64,000 nt of DNA. It comes from an uncultured delta proteobacterium. Its GTDB lineage: Bacteria > Myxococcota_A > Polyangia > Fen-1088. Made by a program: the position numbers and the translations under genes. Each line of letters opens with the position of its first letter. Positions within the stretch are counted from its first letter, which is position 1. The notes beneath the pieces are model-generated. The model was not told the DNA's origin. It saw nothing but the letters and a program-made list of their open reading frames with translations, and ran no database searches. Location of the stretch: the NCBI GenBank assembly GCA_963737265.1, contig CAVTRY010000023.1:256001-320000 (forward strand). The letters run 5' to 3'. Positions 40,311 to 50,531 of the stretch are shown piece after piece.

Positions 40311-41696
40311 CTAGCGACGGCGAAAGCGCCGCAGGACCAAGCCGGCGCAGGCGAGCGTCAGCCACAGGTTGATGGAACCAGCCGCGCGGCCACCCACCGC
40401 GCATCCCCCGCCTTGGGTCGCCACCGGCGTGCCGGTTCCCGCATCGGCGGACTGGGTGCCGTCATTGCCGGTACCCGCGTTTACAACCGGCGGATTCTGG
40501 CTTCCGCCCTGACCGGCTCCCGTACCAGTGGACGAAGTGGTAGAGGTGCCAGGGCCGACCAAGACAACCGTCACGCCGGCATCGCTGGCGGACTTGGGAG
40601 CCGGAGCATCGAGGGTCGGGGTCGATCCCGAGGAAGAGTTGAACTGCGCTCCGCTGCTCGCGGCATGTCCCTCGGTCGCGAGGATGATCCCGTCGGGCAG
40701 GCAGGACTTGTCGAACGCGTTGGGGCTCCACACCGGCCGCGTGCCACCGTTGTAGTTGGTGAAGTCGAAGCAGCTCCAGCCTGTCGGGCAGGCTTGGCCG
40801 GCGCCGCAATCGATGGGCTTCGGCATGCAGTCCTTCTCGACCGTGGTCGTGCACACTGGCGGCGGGGCCGGCGCGCAGACAAGACCGCCATCGCCCATGG
40901 AGCAGGCCCCGCTGGATCCAGAGCATTCGGTGGACGCGCTGACTTGCAGACACTGGTAGAGCGAGCTTGAGCAGTCGCTGTCCACCGTGCAGGACGCGGG
41001 AACAAATGTACAAACGGACGGTCCGGGTGCACAGGTTGGATCTGTCGTGGTCGCGGTCCCGTCGGAGCCCGCAGCGCCACCGCCAGAACAAGTCGCGCCC
41101 GTGGCTTGGCAAACCAGCGGCGCGGGGCAGTCAGCGGCGGTGTTGCACGCGTGTGGCTTGGCCACGCAGGTCCCGCTGCTGCTGGGCTGGGGCGCCGGGG
41201 TCGTGCACTTGGTATTCGGCGCACACGCGGGCGTGGGCGAGGCGATCATGTCCATGACACAATCGAAGTCGGCGCTTGGACAATCCGCCACGCTGGTGCA
41301 AACGATCGGCTTCGGCTCGCAAACGCCCGTCATCGTCGTCGGCTGGGGGCTCGTCAGCACCGGGAATCCGGCGTCGGGAATCGCGTACGGCACCGGAGCT
41401 CCCGCGTCGACCGCGAGAACCGGGGGAGAGGACGCCGAGCCACAGTTGGTGCCGTCCACGCTCAAGCAAGTGCCCCCGGCTGCGGTTCCGCTCCCAGAGC
41501 TCCCGACGCTTCCGCCTGTCGCCGCGACGCTTCCGCCCGTCGCGTACGCAGTCGCCGCGAACCCGCACTGGTACCCGGTGTCGCAATCCGCGTCGCTGGT
41601 GCATTCCGTGGCCGAGGCCGTGCGCCCCATTCCGAGCATTCCGAGAAGGGTGACGATGGCGATGGAAAATACCTTGCGTGAAAATCTACTCGACAT
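40311..41696 (-). CDS. Cys-rich surface protein with MYXO-CTERM sorting signal
   Basis: Signal peptide; repeated C-x3-xDC motifs; C-terminal GGGCAVGG...TM...RRFRRR. Confidence 0.85.
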   Translation of the reverse strand: MSSRFSRKVFSIAIVTLLGMLGMGRTASATECTSDADCDTGYQCGFAATAYATGGSVAATGGSVGSSGSGTAAGGTCLSVDGTNCGSASSPPVLAVDAGAPVPYAIPDAGFPVLTSPQPTTMTGVCEPKPIVCTSVADCPSADFDCVMDMIASPTPACAPNTKCTTPAPQPSSSGTCVAKPHACNTAADCPAPLVCQATGATCSGGGAAGSDGTATTTDPTCAPGPSVCTFVPASCTVDSDCSSSLYQCLQVSASTECSGSSGACSMGDGGLVCAPAPPPVCTTTVEKDCMPKPIDCGAGQACPTGWSCFDFTNYNGGTRPVWSPNAFDKSCLPDGIILATEGHAASSGAQFNSSSGSTPTLDAPAPKSASDAGVTVVLVGPGTSTTSSTGTGAGQGGSQNPPVVNAGTGNDGTQSADAGTGTPVATQGGGCAVGGRAAGSINLWLTLACAGLVLRRFRRR

Positions 41697-41766
41697 GGCT
41701 TGAGCTCCTTTTGCGCGAGAACCTGGCCCAGTGCTTCGTTGAAAACCTGGCCCGATGTCTGTGTTG

Positions 41767-41783
41767 TGCAAACCCAATGCCGG
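41767..41783 (-). promoter_or_regulatory. Sigma-54 (-24/-12) promoter candidate
   Basis: Minus strand CCGGCA-TTGGG-TTTGCA, GG-N10-GC, ~70 bp upstream of MYXO-CTERM gene. Confidence 0.6.
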
Positions 41784-41996
41784 TCACAGGAGGAAAAATT
41801 GGCCTGCAAAAACGTAGAGGTCGCTCGCACTGCCCTCAAATTTCTGAGACCGCCAGGATCGATCCAGCGTCATCGCGCGGGCGCCACTGCCGCCGCTGCC
41901 GTCCCGATCTCCGGCCGCCCCGAACCGTAGTATGCTGCCGCCGTCCCACGACGGGGCGCGTATCAACCCATCACCACCATCTACGAGGCTGCGACC

Positions 41997-43262
41997 ATGG
42001 CTACCAAGACGATTTCCGACATCAGCGCCAGCGGCAAAACCGTGCTCATGCGCGTCGACTTCAACGTGCCCTTGAAGGGCGGCAAGATCACCGACGACCG
42101 ACGCATCCGCGCCGCCCTCCCCAGCATCAAGCAAGTCATCGACCAGGGCGGCAAGCTCGTGCTCATGAGCCACCTGGGCCGCCCCGATGGGGCCTATGAT
42201 GCCGAGGGCAGCCTAAAGCCGTGCGCCGACAGATTGGGCGAGCTGCTGGGCAAGCCAGTGAAGCTGGGCCCGAACGAGGTCATCGGACCGGCCGCCGAGG
42301 CGCTGGTGGCGTCGCTCAAGCCGGGCGATGTCGCGCTGCTCGAAAACGTCCGCTTTAACGCCGGCGAAACCATGCCCGACAAGGCCAAGAAGAACCCCGA
42401 CAAAAAACTGACCGCCGAGCAGCAGGCAAAGCACGACGAGTTCGTGGCCGGCCTGGCAAAGCTCGGCGACCTTTACGTCAATGACGCCTTCGGCACCTGC
42501 CATCGCAAGCACGCCAGCATGTTTGGCGTGGCCAAGGCCATCCAGGCCAAGGGCGGCGCCGCGGTCGCCGGGTATCTCGTCGAAAAGGAAATCCGCTACC
42601 TGCACGAAGCCGTCTCGTCGCCCAAGCGGCCGTTCGTCGCCATCCTGGGCGGCGCCAAGGTCAGCGACAAGATCAAGCTCATCTCGAATCTGCTCGGCAA
42701 GGTGGACAACATCCTCATCGGCGGCGCCATGGCGTACACGCTGCTCAAGGCCAGCGGCGTTGCCGTGGGCAAAAGCCGAGTCGAAGAGGATCAGGTCGAG
42801 GAAATGAGGAAGCTGCTCGCCCAGGCCGGCGGCAAGATCGTGCTGCCCAGCGACCACGCGGCCGCGGGCGCCTTCGACTTCAAGGCCATGACCGGCGACA
42901 AACCGACCGTGGTGGCCGGCGGCAACATCCCCGACGGACTCATGGGCATGGACATCGGCCCCAGGACCATCGCCGCCTTCACCGGCATCATCGCCAAGGC
43001 CGGCACCATCGTGTGGAACGGCCCCATGGGCGTGTTCGAAGCGGCTGACTTCGCGGCCGGTACGCTCGCCGTGGCCCAGGCCATCGCCGCGGCCACCGGT
43101 CGTGGCGCCGTCACCGTCATCGGCGGGGGCGATTCGGCCGCGGCCGTCGAGAAAATGGGCCTTGCCGACAAGATGACCCACGTCTCCACCGGCGGCGGCG
43201 CCAGCCTGGAGTATCTCGAAGGCAAGGAGATGCCGCCCATCAAGGTGCTGGACCAGAAGTAG
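41997..43262 (+). CDS. pgk: Phosphoglycerate kinase
   Basis: [58 protein letters not shown]. Confidence 0.97.
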   Translation: MATKTISDISASGKTVLMRVDFNVPLKGGKITDDRRIRAALPSIKQVIDQGGKLVLMSHLGRPDGAYDAEGSLKPCADRLGELLGKPVKLGPNEVIGPAAEALVASLKPGDVALLENVRFNAGETMPDKAKKNPDKKLTAEQQAKHDEFVAGLAKLGDLYVNDAFGTCHRKHASMFGVAKAIQAKGGAAVAGYLVEKEIRYLHEAVSSPKRPFVAILGGAKVSDKIKLISNLLGKVDNILIGGAMAYTLLKASGVAVGKSRVEEDQVEEMRKLLAQAGGKIVLPSDHAAAGAFDFKAMTGDKPTVVAGGNIPDGLMGMDIGPRTIAAFTGIIAKAGTIVWNGPMGVFEAADFAAGTLAVAQAIAAATGRGAVTVIGGGDSAAAVEKMGLADKMTHVSTGGGASLEYLEGKEMPPIKVLDQK

Positions 43263-43360
43263 GCTCGCCGGCCTCGTCCCATAGCTCGGCGCTGGGAAAG
43301 CTAGTGGCAAGCGCGGGAGGGTTTGCGGAAACATCGCCATGACGCATTGGCGAAGTGTAG

Positions 43361-43445
43361 AGGAGAGAGTGGGAGTCGAACCCACGTTACCTTGCGGTAA
43401 ACATGATTTCCAATCATGCCCCTTCGGCCACTCGGGCATCTCTCC
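43361..43445 (-). tRNA. tRNA-Ser(GGA)
   Basis: GGAGAGA acceptor, CATGA-TTGGAAA-TCATG anticodon arm, long variable arm TTACC-GCAA-GGTAA, GTTCGAC T-loop; CCA not encoded. Confidence 0.92.
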
Positions 43446-43529
43446 AGAAGTCCTTTAGACTCCCCGCGATGAGCGGCGTCAAGCAAAGCCTGCCGTCCCT
43501 CACGCGTATCTTATTTAGTTTTCGTGGAG

Positions 43530-43614
43530 AGGAGAGAGTGGGAGTCGAACCCACGTTACCTTGCGGTAAACCTGATTTCGAATCAGGCGCCTTCGGCCAC
43601 TCGGCCATCTCTCC
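43530..43614 (-). tRNA. tRNA-Ser(CGA)
   Basis: Same scaffold; CCTGA-TTCGAAA-TCAGG anticodon arm. Confidence 0.92.
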
Positions 43615-43943
43615 GGCGGGATGGAATCGTATGCCGCAGGCGCGGCAGAAGGTCAAGCTCCGAAGGTTTCCCGTAATCCCGCGATAGGCGCAGAAGGTCG
43701 CACCGTGTCCGTGGCCGGAGTAATCTTCGTCGGCCACGGCCACGACGTTTACGACCACCCTTCATCGCTCCAACTGGGCGGCGCGTCCATCCTGGAAAAG
43801 CGCCGTTTCTGCCGCCTTCCGCGACGTCGCTGCGCTTGTGCGGTTCGTCGGTACCCTTCCCGACATCTTGACAGCATGGTGAGAGAGCATCATATGCCAC
43901 GGGTGGGAGGATTGGGAAGACTAGACTAGCTGGGCTAGCCAAG

Positions 43944-44945
43944 CTACCTCGCCTGCGCTTGCTCCAGGGCCACGGCCACGGCCACGCTGGCGCCCACCAT
44001 GGGGTTGTTGCCCATGCCGAGGAAGCCCATCATCTCGACGTGCGCGGGCACCGAGGACGAGCCCGCGAACTGGGCGTCGCTGTGCATGCGGCCCATGGTG
44101 TCGGTCATGCCGTAGGAGGCGGGACCGGCGGCCATGTTATCCGGATGCAAGGTGCGACCCGTGCCGCCGCCGCTGGCCACCGAGAAGTACTTCTTGCCCT
44201 GCTCAAGGCATTCCTTCTTGTAGGTGCCGGCCACGGGGTGCTGGAAGCGCGTGGGGTTGGTGGAGTTGCCGGTGATGGACACGTCCACGCCCTCGTGGTG
44301 ATTGATGGCCACGCCCTCGCGCACGTCGTCGGCGCCATAGCAGCGCACCTTGGCTTTTTCGCCCTTGGAATACGGCAGCTCTTTCACGATGTTGAGCTTG
44401 CCCGAGGCGTAGTCGAACTTGGTCTGCACGTAGGTGAAGCCGTTGATGCGGCTGATGATCTGGGCGGCGTCCTTGCCGAGACCGTTCAGGATCACGCGCA
44501 GGGGCTCCTTGCGGGCCTTGTTGGCACTGCGGGCGAGGCCGATGGCGCCCTCGGCGGCGGCAAAGGATTCGTGGCCGGCCAGGAAGGCGAAGCACTTGGT
44601 CTCTTCCTTGAGCAGCATGGACGCCAGGTTGCCGTGGCCGATGCCGACCTTGCGATCGTCCGCCACCGAGCCGGGAATGCAGAAGGCCTGCATGCCTTCG
44701 CCGAGCGAGCAGGCGATGTCCACCGCCTTCTTCTGGCCTTTCTTGAGGGCGATGGCTGCGCCGACGATGTACGCCCAGCAGGCGTTCTCGAAAGCGATGG
44801 GCTGGATCTCCTTGACGATGGTGTACACATCGACGCCCTTGGCATCGGTGAGCTTCTTCGCCTCTTCAAGGGACGCGATGCCGTACTTGGCCAGCACCGG
44901 GGTGATTTGGCCGATTCTGCGTTCGTAGGATTCAAACAGAGCCAT
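43944..44945 (-). CDS. GGGtGRT family protein
   Basis: MALFESYERRI, FLAGHESFAAAEGAIG, SVASGGGTGRTLHPDN, GRMHSDAQFAGSSSVPAH. Confidence 0.92.
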   Translation of the reverse strand: MALFESYERRIGQITPVLAKYGIASLEEAKKLTDAKGVDVYTIVKEIQPIAFENACWAYIVGAAIALKKGQKKAVDIACSLGEGMQAFCIPGSVADDRKVGIGHGNLASMLLKEETKCFAFLAGHESFAAAEGAIGLARSANKARKEPLRVILNGLGKDAAQIISRINGFTYVQTKFDYASGKLNIVKELPYSKGEKAKVRCYGADDVREGVAINHHEGVDVSITGNSTNPTRFQHPVAGTYKKECLEQGKKYFSVASGGGTGRTLHPDNMAAGPASYGMTDTMGRMHSDAQFAGSSSVPAHVEMMGFLGMGNNPMVGASVAVAVALEQAQAR

Positions 44946-44965
44946 GGTCGATGTCTCCTTCTTGG

Positions 44966-45658
44966 CTACTGGTGGCGGGGGTTGATGAGTTTGGCCGCTT
45001 CGTCGAAGCGTCCGTACTTCGAGGTCGCCTTCTTCAAGGCTTCCCCGGCTTCCACGCCCTTGCCGATGGATTCCATCATCTTGCCGAGGTGGACGAATTC
45101 GTAGCCGATGACCTCGCCGCCTTCGTCGAGCGCCAGGCGGGTCACGTAGCCCTCGGCCATCTCCAGGTAGCGCACGCCCTTGGCCACGGTGCCGTACATG
45201 GTGCCGATCTGGCTGCGCAGGCCCTTGCCGAGATCCTCCAGGCCGGCGCCGATGGGCAGGCCGCCTTCCGAGAAAGCGGTCTGCGTGCGGCCGTAGACAA
45301 TCTGCAAGAACAGCTCGCGCATGGCCGTGTTGATGGCGTCGCACACCAGATCCGTGTTGAGCGCTTCGAGAATAGTCTTGCCCGAAAGGATCTCGGCGGC
45401 CATGGCGGCGCTGTGGGTCATGCCGGAGCAGCCGATGGTCTCGATCAGGGCTTCCTGGATCACGCCGTCCTTCACGTTCAGCGTGAGCTTGCACGCGCCC
45501 TGCTGAGGCGCGCACCAACCTACGCCGTGGGTGAGGCCCGAGATGTCCTTGATCTCCTTGGCCTGGACCCAGCGGCCTTCCTCGGGAATAGGCGCCGGAC
45601 CGTGGTTGGGTCCTTTCGCCACGCACGTCATGTGTTCGACTTCGGCCGAGTAAATCAT
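44966..45658 (-). CDS. NifU/IscU-like scaffold-fold protein paired with GGGtGRT
   Basis: HGVGWCAPQQGACKLTL, ETIGCSGMTHSAAMA, LNTDLVCDAIN; AAGGAGG RBS. Confidence 0.88.
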   Translation of the reverse strand: MIYSAEVEHMTCVAKGPNHGPAPIPEEGRWVQAKEIKDISGLTHGVGWCAPQQGACKLTLNVKDGVIQEALIETIGCSGMTHSAAMAAEILSGKTILEALNTDLVCDAINTAMRELFLQIVYGRTQTAFSEGGLPIGAGLEDLGKGLRSQIGTMYGTVAKGVRYLEMAEGYVTRLALDEGGEVIGYEFVHLGKMMESIGKGVEAGEALKKATSKYGRFDEAAKLINPRHQ

Positions 45659-45764
45659 TGGGGAGCCTCCTTTAGGGCGGTAGAAAGAAGCACGAGTCTT
45701 TCGCGACGACGCTTCATACATCATCCAAGCTTCGGCGGGAAGCGCGCGATGGATTCGTGTCGCG

Positions 45765-45965
45765 ATGGATTCGGGTACGACTGATGGCTATTCGAACAAC
45801 GTTGGTGGTCCGATGGCGGGTAGTGGCCTTGGCATGAACATCTACACCCGTCGAAACTGGAATCTCAGCTTGGCCGCCGTCTACCATATCACTGCACGCC
45901 TCCCGTCAGAACCGTTCGCAACCCAAGATATCGGCCTAGCTGCATCCTGGTCCTGGCAGTGGTGA
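45765..45965 (+). pseudogene. Fragment resembling C-terminal strands of an outer-membrane beta-barrel
   Basis: Alternating pattern NWNLSLAAVYH...DIGLAASWSWQW* with terminal Trp; no signal peptide. Confidence 0.35.
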
Positions 45966-46041
45966 CGATTCGGCGAAGAGAGGCTCGTCTCGCGAGGTGG
46001 GTCCAAAGCGCAAGGTGAGATAACTGTGATGCTGGACCAAA

Positions 46042-48714
46042 TCAGGCCGCGTTGCGGGTGGCGTTGATGACGGCAGCGATGCCTTTCAAAGCCATGGTGC
46101 GGGCTTCGATCGCTTCCCTGGAATCCAACGTGCCCGCGCGACGATGGGTGTTGTAGCGCGCGAATGCGTCGTGCACGATCACCAGCAGGGGAAGGATGAT
46201 TTCCTCGCGAAAGCGAATGCTGGCGCGAACCAGGGCGTCGTTCGACAGCAACCAGGGCTGGTTGGAGATGCGCAGAATACAGCGCTCGAACGCGCACAGC
46301 TTCATCGCGAATCTGCCGCCACAGCGGCCCGAAGCGTGGGTCCTGCTCCAAGTGAGCGGTGACGTCGAACCGAGATTTCAGCAGGCTCATGGCCGCATTG
46401 TCGAGGAGGGCGCGGAAGAAACGCGAATCTCGATACAGGCGATGCAGCTCGTCCTCACGACCCGATTCGATCACGTGATCGAGGGCCGCACCCAAGCCAT
46501 AAAAGCCGGAAATCTGGATCTTGAGCACGCTCCAGGTCGCGACCAGGGGAATGGCGCGCAGGTTGTCCATCTCGATGGTTTCGGAGGCGCGCCGGCTGGC
46601 CGGTCGGCTGGCGATGGTTAGATAATCGAACAAGGGCAACGGGCTGTCCTCGCCCAAGAACGCGAGCAAGCTGGGATCGTCGCGCAGCTGGCGGTAGGCC
46701 TGAAACGACACGGCCGAAAGCTCGTCCATGAGCGGCCGGAATTCCTGCGCGGGATCTTCGCCCGGGCTGGGCGACAGCAGATTTTCGATATTGGCCGTGA
46801 ACAACTGCTCAACGTGGTAGCGGGCCATGTCCGGATTACCGAAGTTGCTGCTGATGGTTTGTCCTTGGATTGTCAACTGGGTTTCCCATTGTTCGATAGT
46901 GGCGTCGCGCGACCGATAGAAGCGATGGGTATTGCCGCCACCGCGCGCGGGCGGTCCGCCACGCCCGTCGAAAAACTGGATGCGCACACCGTGGCGGCGA
47001 CCAAGCTCTGTCAGTCTCCGCTCGGCCTGCCGAATGCCCCAATTGGCGGCCAGGTAGCCGCCGTCCTTGGTGCCGTCGGAAAAGCCCATCATGATCACCT
47101 GTCGTTGTTGGCGTCGATCGAGCACGTCGCGGTAGGCGGGGGACGAAAGCAACCGCCCGAGAATTTTTTCGGAATGGTCCAGGTCTTCGATCGACTCGAA
47201 CAGCGGCACGATGTCGAGCCGCCCGTCGCGCGGCGCCAGCCCGGCGAAACACGCCAGAATGAGCACGACGAGGGAATCCTCGGGACCGCGCGTATGACTG
47301 ATGACGACGCGATGGAGACCACGCTCGCCGTTCTCGCGCTGGACCTCGGCAACCAGGCGAAGAACCTCGAGCGTGTCGCATGCAAGGGGGGACAAGGCGG
47401 CTGCCATCTCGGCGGGCGCGCCCGTCGCGCAGCCGAGCAGCCGTTCGAAAAGATCGAACGGCACATCCTGCGCGGTCTCTGCCCTTTTCAGCACCAGCCG
47501 ATCGGCCTCCGCCAGGGCCACGGTCGCGCCCATGCGTTCGACGATTTCGCGCAGGCTTGCGAAAAAGACGTCGCTGCTCTGCCTGATGTCGATGGAGGCA
47601 AAATGAAAACCGAACAAGTGGACCTTGACGATGAAGTCGTCCAGCTCGTCGAGGAACAGGCTCTGGTGGTCGCGCACGATGAGCTGGCGCAGGGCCAGCA
47701 GCTCATGCTGCAATTCCTCGGCCGTGGCAAAGGGCGGATCGCCGGAGACATCGTCGGCGAGCGCGCGCGTGCGATCCGTGGCGCGCAGCCAGGTCCGGCG
47801 CAGGCGCTCGAACGATTGCTTGGGTCTTCTGATGAACGCCCTCGAAGGTCAGGCGGCGGCCGAGTTCGACCGCGGTGGCGTGGTATCGACCGAGCACGCA
47901 TTCCTTGAGCATGCGCGCCACCTCGCGCGTGACCTGGGCGGTGACGTAGGGGTTGCCGTCGCGATCGCCGCCGGGCCAAAACCCGATTTGCAAATTTGGA
48001 CGCGGCGGCAGGTGGGCGGGAAGCTGTGCGCGACCATGCGCCACCAGCAGCACGCGCGAAGCGATCTTGGGCAGTACATCGTAGAAGACGTCTTCCAGCG
48101 GGCGAAGCAGACTGCGGGCCTCGTCTACCGGTGTCGGGCGCGTGCGATTGGAAAAGCGCGTCTTTCCTAGTTGCAGGAGAAGGCGTTCCACCTGCGCGGG
48201 GTCATTGCGGTTGAGGGCCGCGTGAAGGTCTTGAATGACACCCTGGACGGTGTCCGGGTAGAATTGCGTGGGGTGGGCGGTAAGCACGATGCGCGTCGCG
48301 GTCTTTCCCAGCAACTCGGCCAAATCGGCGCGCCGGTCGTCGCGAAAGACCGCTTCCACCAAGTGCGACACGCTGCCTGGCGCGGCGAGGTCGTGGGTTT
48401 CGGTGAAGGAATCGTCTTCGAGGGCGTCGAACAAGACGACTTCACGCTCGAACCAACTGCAGAAAGAGAAACAGCGCCTCATCCCGCGCAACGTCGGTCA
48501 GAAGCGGATTTTCCGAGAAAAATCGATCGACGATGGCGCTCGGCGACTCCTTCTGCTGGAGTCTCTTGCGACAATGCTCCGTGAAGACCGGAAGCAAGCG
48601 CCCCACGCGCTGGAGGAGGTGATACGGCAGGCCCAGAAACAGGCCGGAATAGAGGCGGTAACGAGTCGCAACATGTTCGTCAAAAGCACGTTCGGGTTCG
48701 CGAAGCACTGGCAT
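46042..48714 (-). CDS. ppc: Phosphoenolpyruvate carboxylase, split by three +1 frameshifts (probably sequence errors)
   Basis: VLTAHPT, GGDRDGNP, VPLFE, GFSDGTKDGG, FDGRGGPPARGGG, TIQGQ, LRAIP motifs across four consecutive frames; shifts near 48450, 47810, 46288. Confidence 0.9.
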
Positions 48715-48772
48715 CAAGCCTAGACTAGCAGCCGTTTCGGGTATTGATCGGCTTTGTAAATTCGCGACGACG

Positions 48773-50422
48773 ATGCACGACCAACCCAGCCCAGACCCCG
48801 TCCCGCCCGGGGACACTCCGACGAAAGACACCGGCATCACCACCCGCGGCTTTGCAGTGCTGCTCGGACTCGGCGGGCTGGTCATGCTCCATGGCCCCAT
48901 GGCGCGCGACGGCTTCGGCAGGGCTCACGGCAACCTCATCGACGGCCGCTTGGTCGCGCTGCTGCTGGAGCACGCGCATCAGTGGATCGCCGGGCGGGTC
49001 GACGCCTTCTTCAGTCCGACGTGGCTCTATTACCCCTACCCGAAAGCCCTGACCCTGACCGAGACCATGCTGGGCGCAACGCCACTCTATTCGCCGCTGC
49101 GGTTCGCCGGCATGGCGCCCATGCACGCCTTTCAACTGTCGATGGTTCTCAGCTCAGCGCTCGCCTACGCGGCGACATATGGCCTGGCGCGCGCCCTCAA
49201 GACCAGCGTCTTGGGCGCTGCCCTGGCGGCATTTCTGTGCACATTCGGTATGGCGCGTGTAACGGCGGCCCATCACCCGCAGCTTCTGTTCTCCCTGCCA
49301 ACGCCACTTTGCCTGCTGGCCATCCTGCAATACCTCAAGGCCGGCAGCGCCAAGCGACGCTGCCTTTGGCTCATTGGGGTCGCGCTGATGGCCGCATGGC
49401 AGACCTGGGCGGCGGGGTATCTCGGCGTCTTCCTGGTTTTGACGGTCGCGGTCGCCGGCCTGGCTGCGCTGGCAATGCGCGATACGCGCCCGCGCCTGAT
49501 CGCCATCCTGCGGCGCGATTTTCACGTGCTCGCGCTCGCGGCCATCGTCTACGCGGCGGCGCTGCTTCCCCTCATCATCGCCACCCTTCCCCACCGCGCC
49601 GTGCTGGCCCGCACGTGGGCCGAGGTCGCGACCTACTTGCCGACCCCGGCAGCGTTGGTCTTTCCGCACGGCAGGAGCCTGGTCTACGGCTGGCTGCACG
49701 ACACCCTTGCCCCCTGGGTCAACAATCCGAGCGAGTCTCAGCTGTTTTCAGGGATCGCCGCGCTCCTGGCGCCCTTCGGCCTGTGGCTCTGCGCGCGCCA
49801 CGAACGGCGTCAAGCGCAGCCCGTTCTCGATCTGTGTCCGGCACCGATGCTGATCTTCACGTGGCTGGGCCTCTCCGTGCTCATGCTGGGCGACCGCGCC
49901 GGGCACTCCCTGTGGTGGCTACCGTGGCATCTTCCCGGGGTCAGCGGCATTCGCGCCATTGGCCGGCTTGGGATCTTCATCTTGTTGCTCGCAAGTCTTG
50001 CCCTGGGACTGGTCGCCACCTGGATCGAAGGGCGCCTCCGCCACGGCCGCCTCATCGTCGTCGCCCTCGCGATTTTCGTGGTGCTGGAAAGCGCCGTGGA
50101 CAACCGCTATCTCTTCTCGGTCGCGTCGCACGAGCGCCGAATCGCCAAGGTCGAAGCGGCGTTGCGGCGGAACCCCGAAAATCCGTGCCCCGCTTTCTTC
50201 TACGAGAGCGCTGGCGACAACCCGTGGGCCGACCACGTCGACGCCATGTGGGTGTCCATGCGAACCCGCGTTCCAACATTAAACGGCTGGGCCGGCGCCG
50301 AGCCGCCGGGCTGGAGCTTCCGCCAGACGGCGTCGGTGAATGCCGAAGACCTGCTGCGCTGGGCGCACACCTTTGCGCCCAGCCTCGCGCGGATCTGTGT
50401 GGTGACGGACGAGCCGCCATAG
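48773..50422 (+). CDS. Polytopic membrane protein, YfhO/GT-C-like
   Basis: Many TM segments; YYPYPKALTLTE, GIRAIGR, PTLNGWAG. Confidence 0.65.
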   Translation: MHDQPSPDPVPPGDTPTKDTGITTRGFAVLLGLGGLVMLHGPMARDGFGRAHGNLIDGRLVALLLEHAHQWIAGRVDAFFSPTWLYYPYPKALTLTETMLGATPLYSPLRFAGMAPMHAFQLSMVLSSALAYAATYGLARALKTSVLGAALAAFLCTFGMARVTAAHHPQLLFSLPTPLCLLAILQYLKAGSAKRRCLWLIGVALMAAWQTWAAGYLGVFLVLTVAVAGLAALAMRDTRPRLIAILRRDFHVLALAAIVYAAALLPLIIATLPHRAVLARTWAEVATYLPTPAALVFPHGRSLVYGWLHDTLAPWVNNPSESQLFSGIAALLAPFGLWLCARHERRQAQPVLDLCPAPMLIFTWLGLSVLMLGDRAGHSLWWLPWHLPGVSGIRAIGRLGIFILLLASLALGLVATWIEGRLRHGRLIVVALAIFVVLESAVDNRYLFSVASHERRIAKVEAALRRNPENPCPAFFYESAGDNPWADHVDAMWVSMRTRVPTLNGWAGAEPPGWSFRQTASVNAEDLLRWAHTFAPSLARICVVTDEPP

Positions 50423-50426
50423 GCGA
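50334..50426 (+). repeat. 93-bp gene 3' end, duplicated at 53433-53525
   Basis: 6 mismatches between copies; the copies flank the FIST/kinase pair. Confidence 0.9.
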
Positions 50427-50531
50427 AGAGCACGGCCTGGAGGCGCATCCGCCCTTGCTCAATACGGCTTGCGCCGCTAATGGCCGCTTTCGGCCGCCTT
50501 GTCGCCGGACGATCGACGTTCGCCCACGCGA

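Noticed and set aside
39324-40970. Numerous long alternative-frame and antisense ORFs (also e.g. 48982-50757, 54489-56510, 25156-26751)
   Set aside because: Arg/Ala/Pro-rich shadows expected in high-GC DNA, overlapping well-supported genes
41720-41790. Possible c-di-GMP riboswitch upstream of MYXO-CTERM gene
   Set aside because: The GCAAACC-like string is on the wrong strand and is explained by a sigma-54 motif; no P1/P2 architecture seen
43361-43614. tRNA 3'-end duplication as an integration att site
   Set aside because: Both are full-length tRNAs with distinct anticodons only 84 bp apart, with no cargo between them
46042-48714. ppc as a true pseudogene
   Set aside because: No in-frame nonsense decay, catalytic motifs intact, and all shifts fall on one sequence motif, so an artefact is more likely; unresolved without reads
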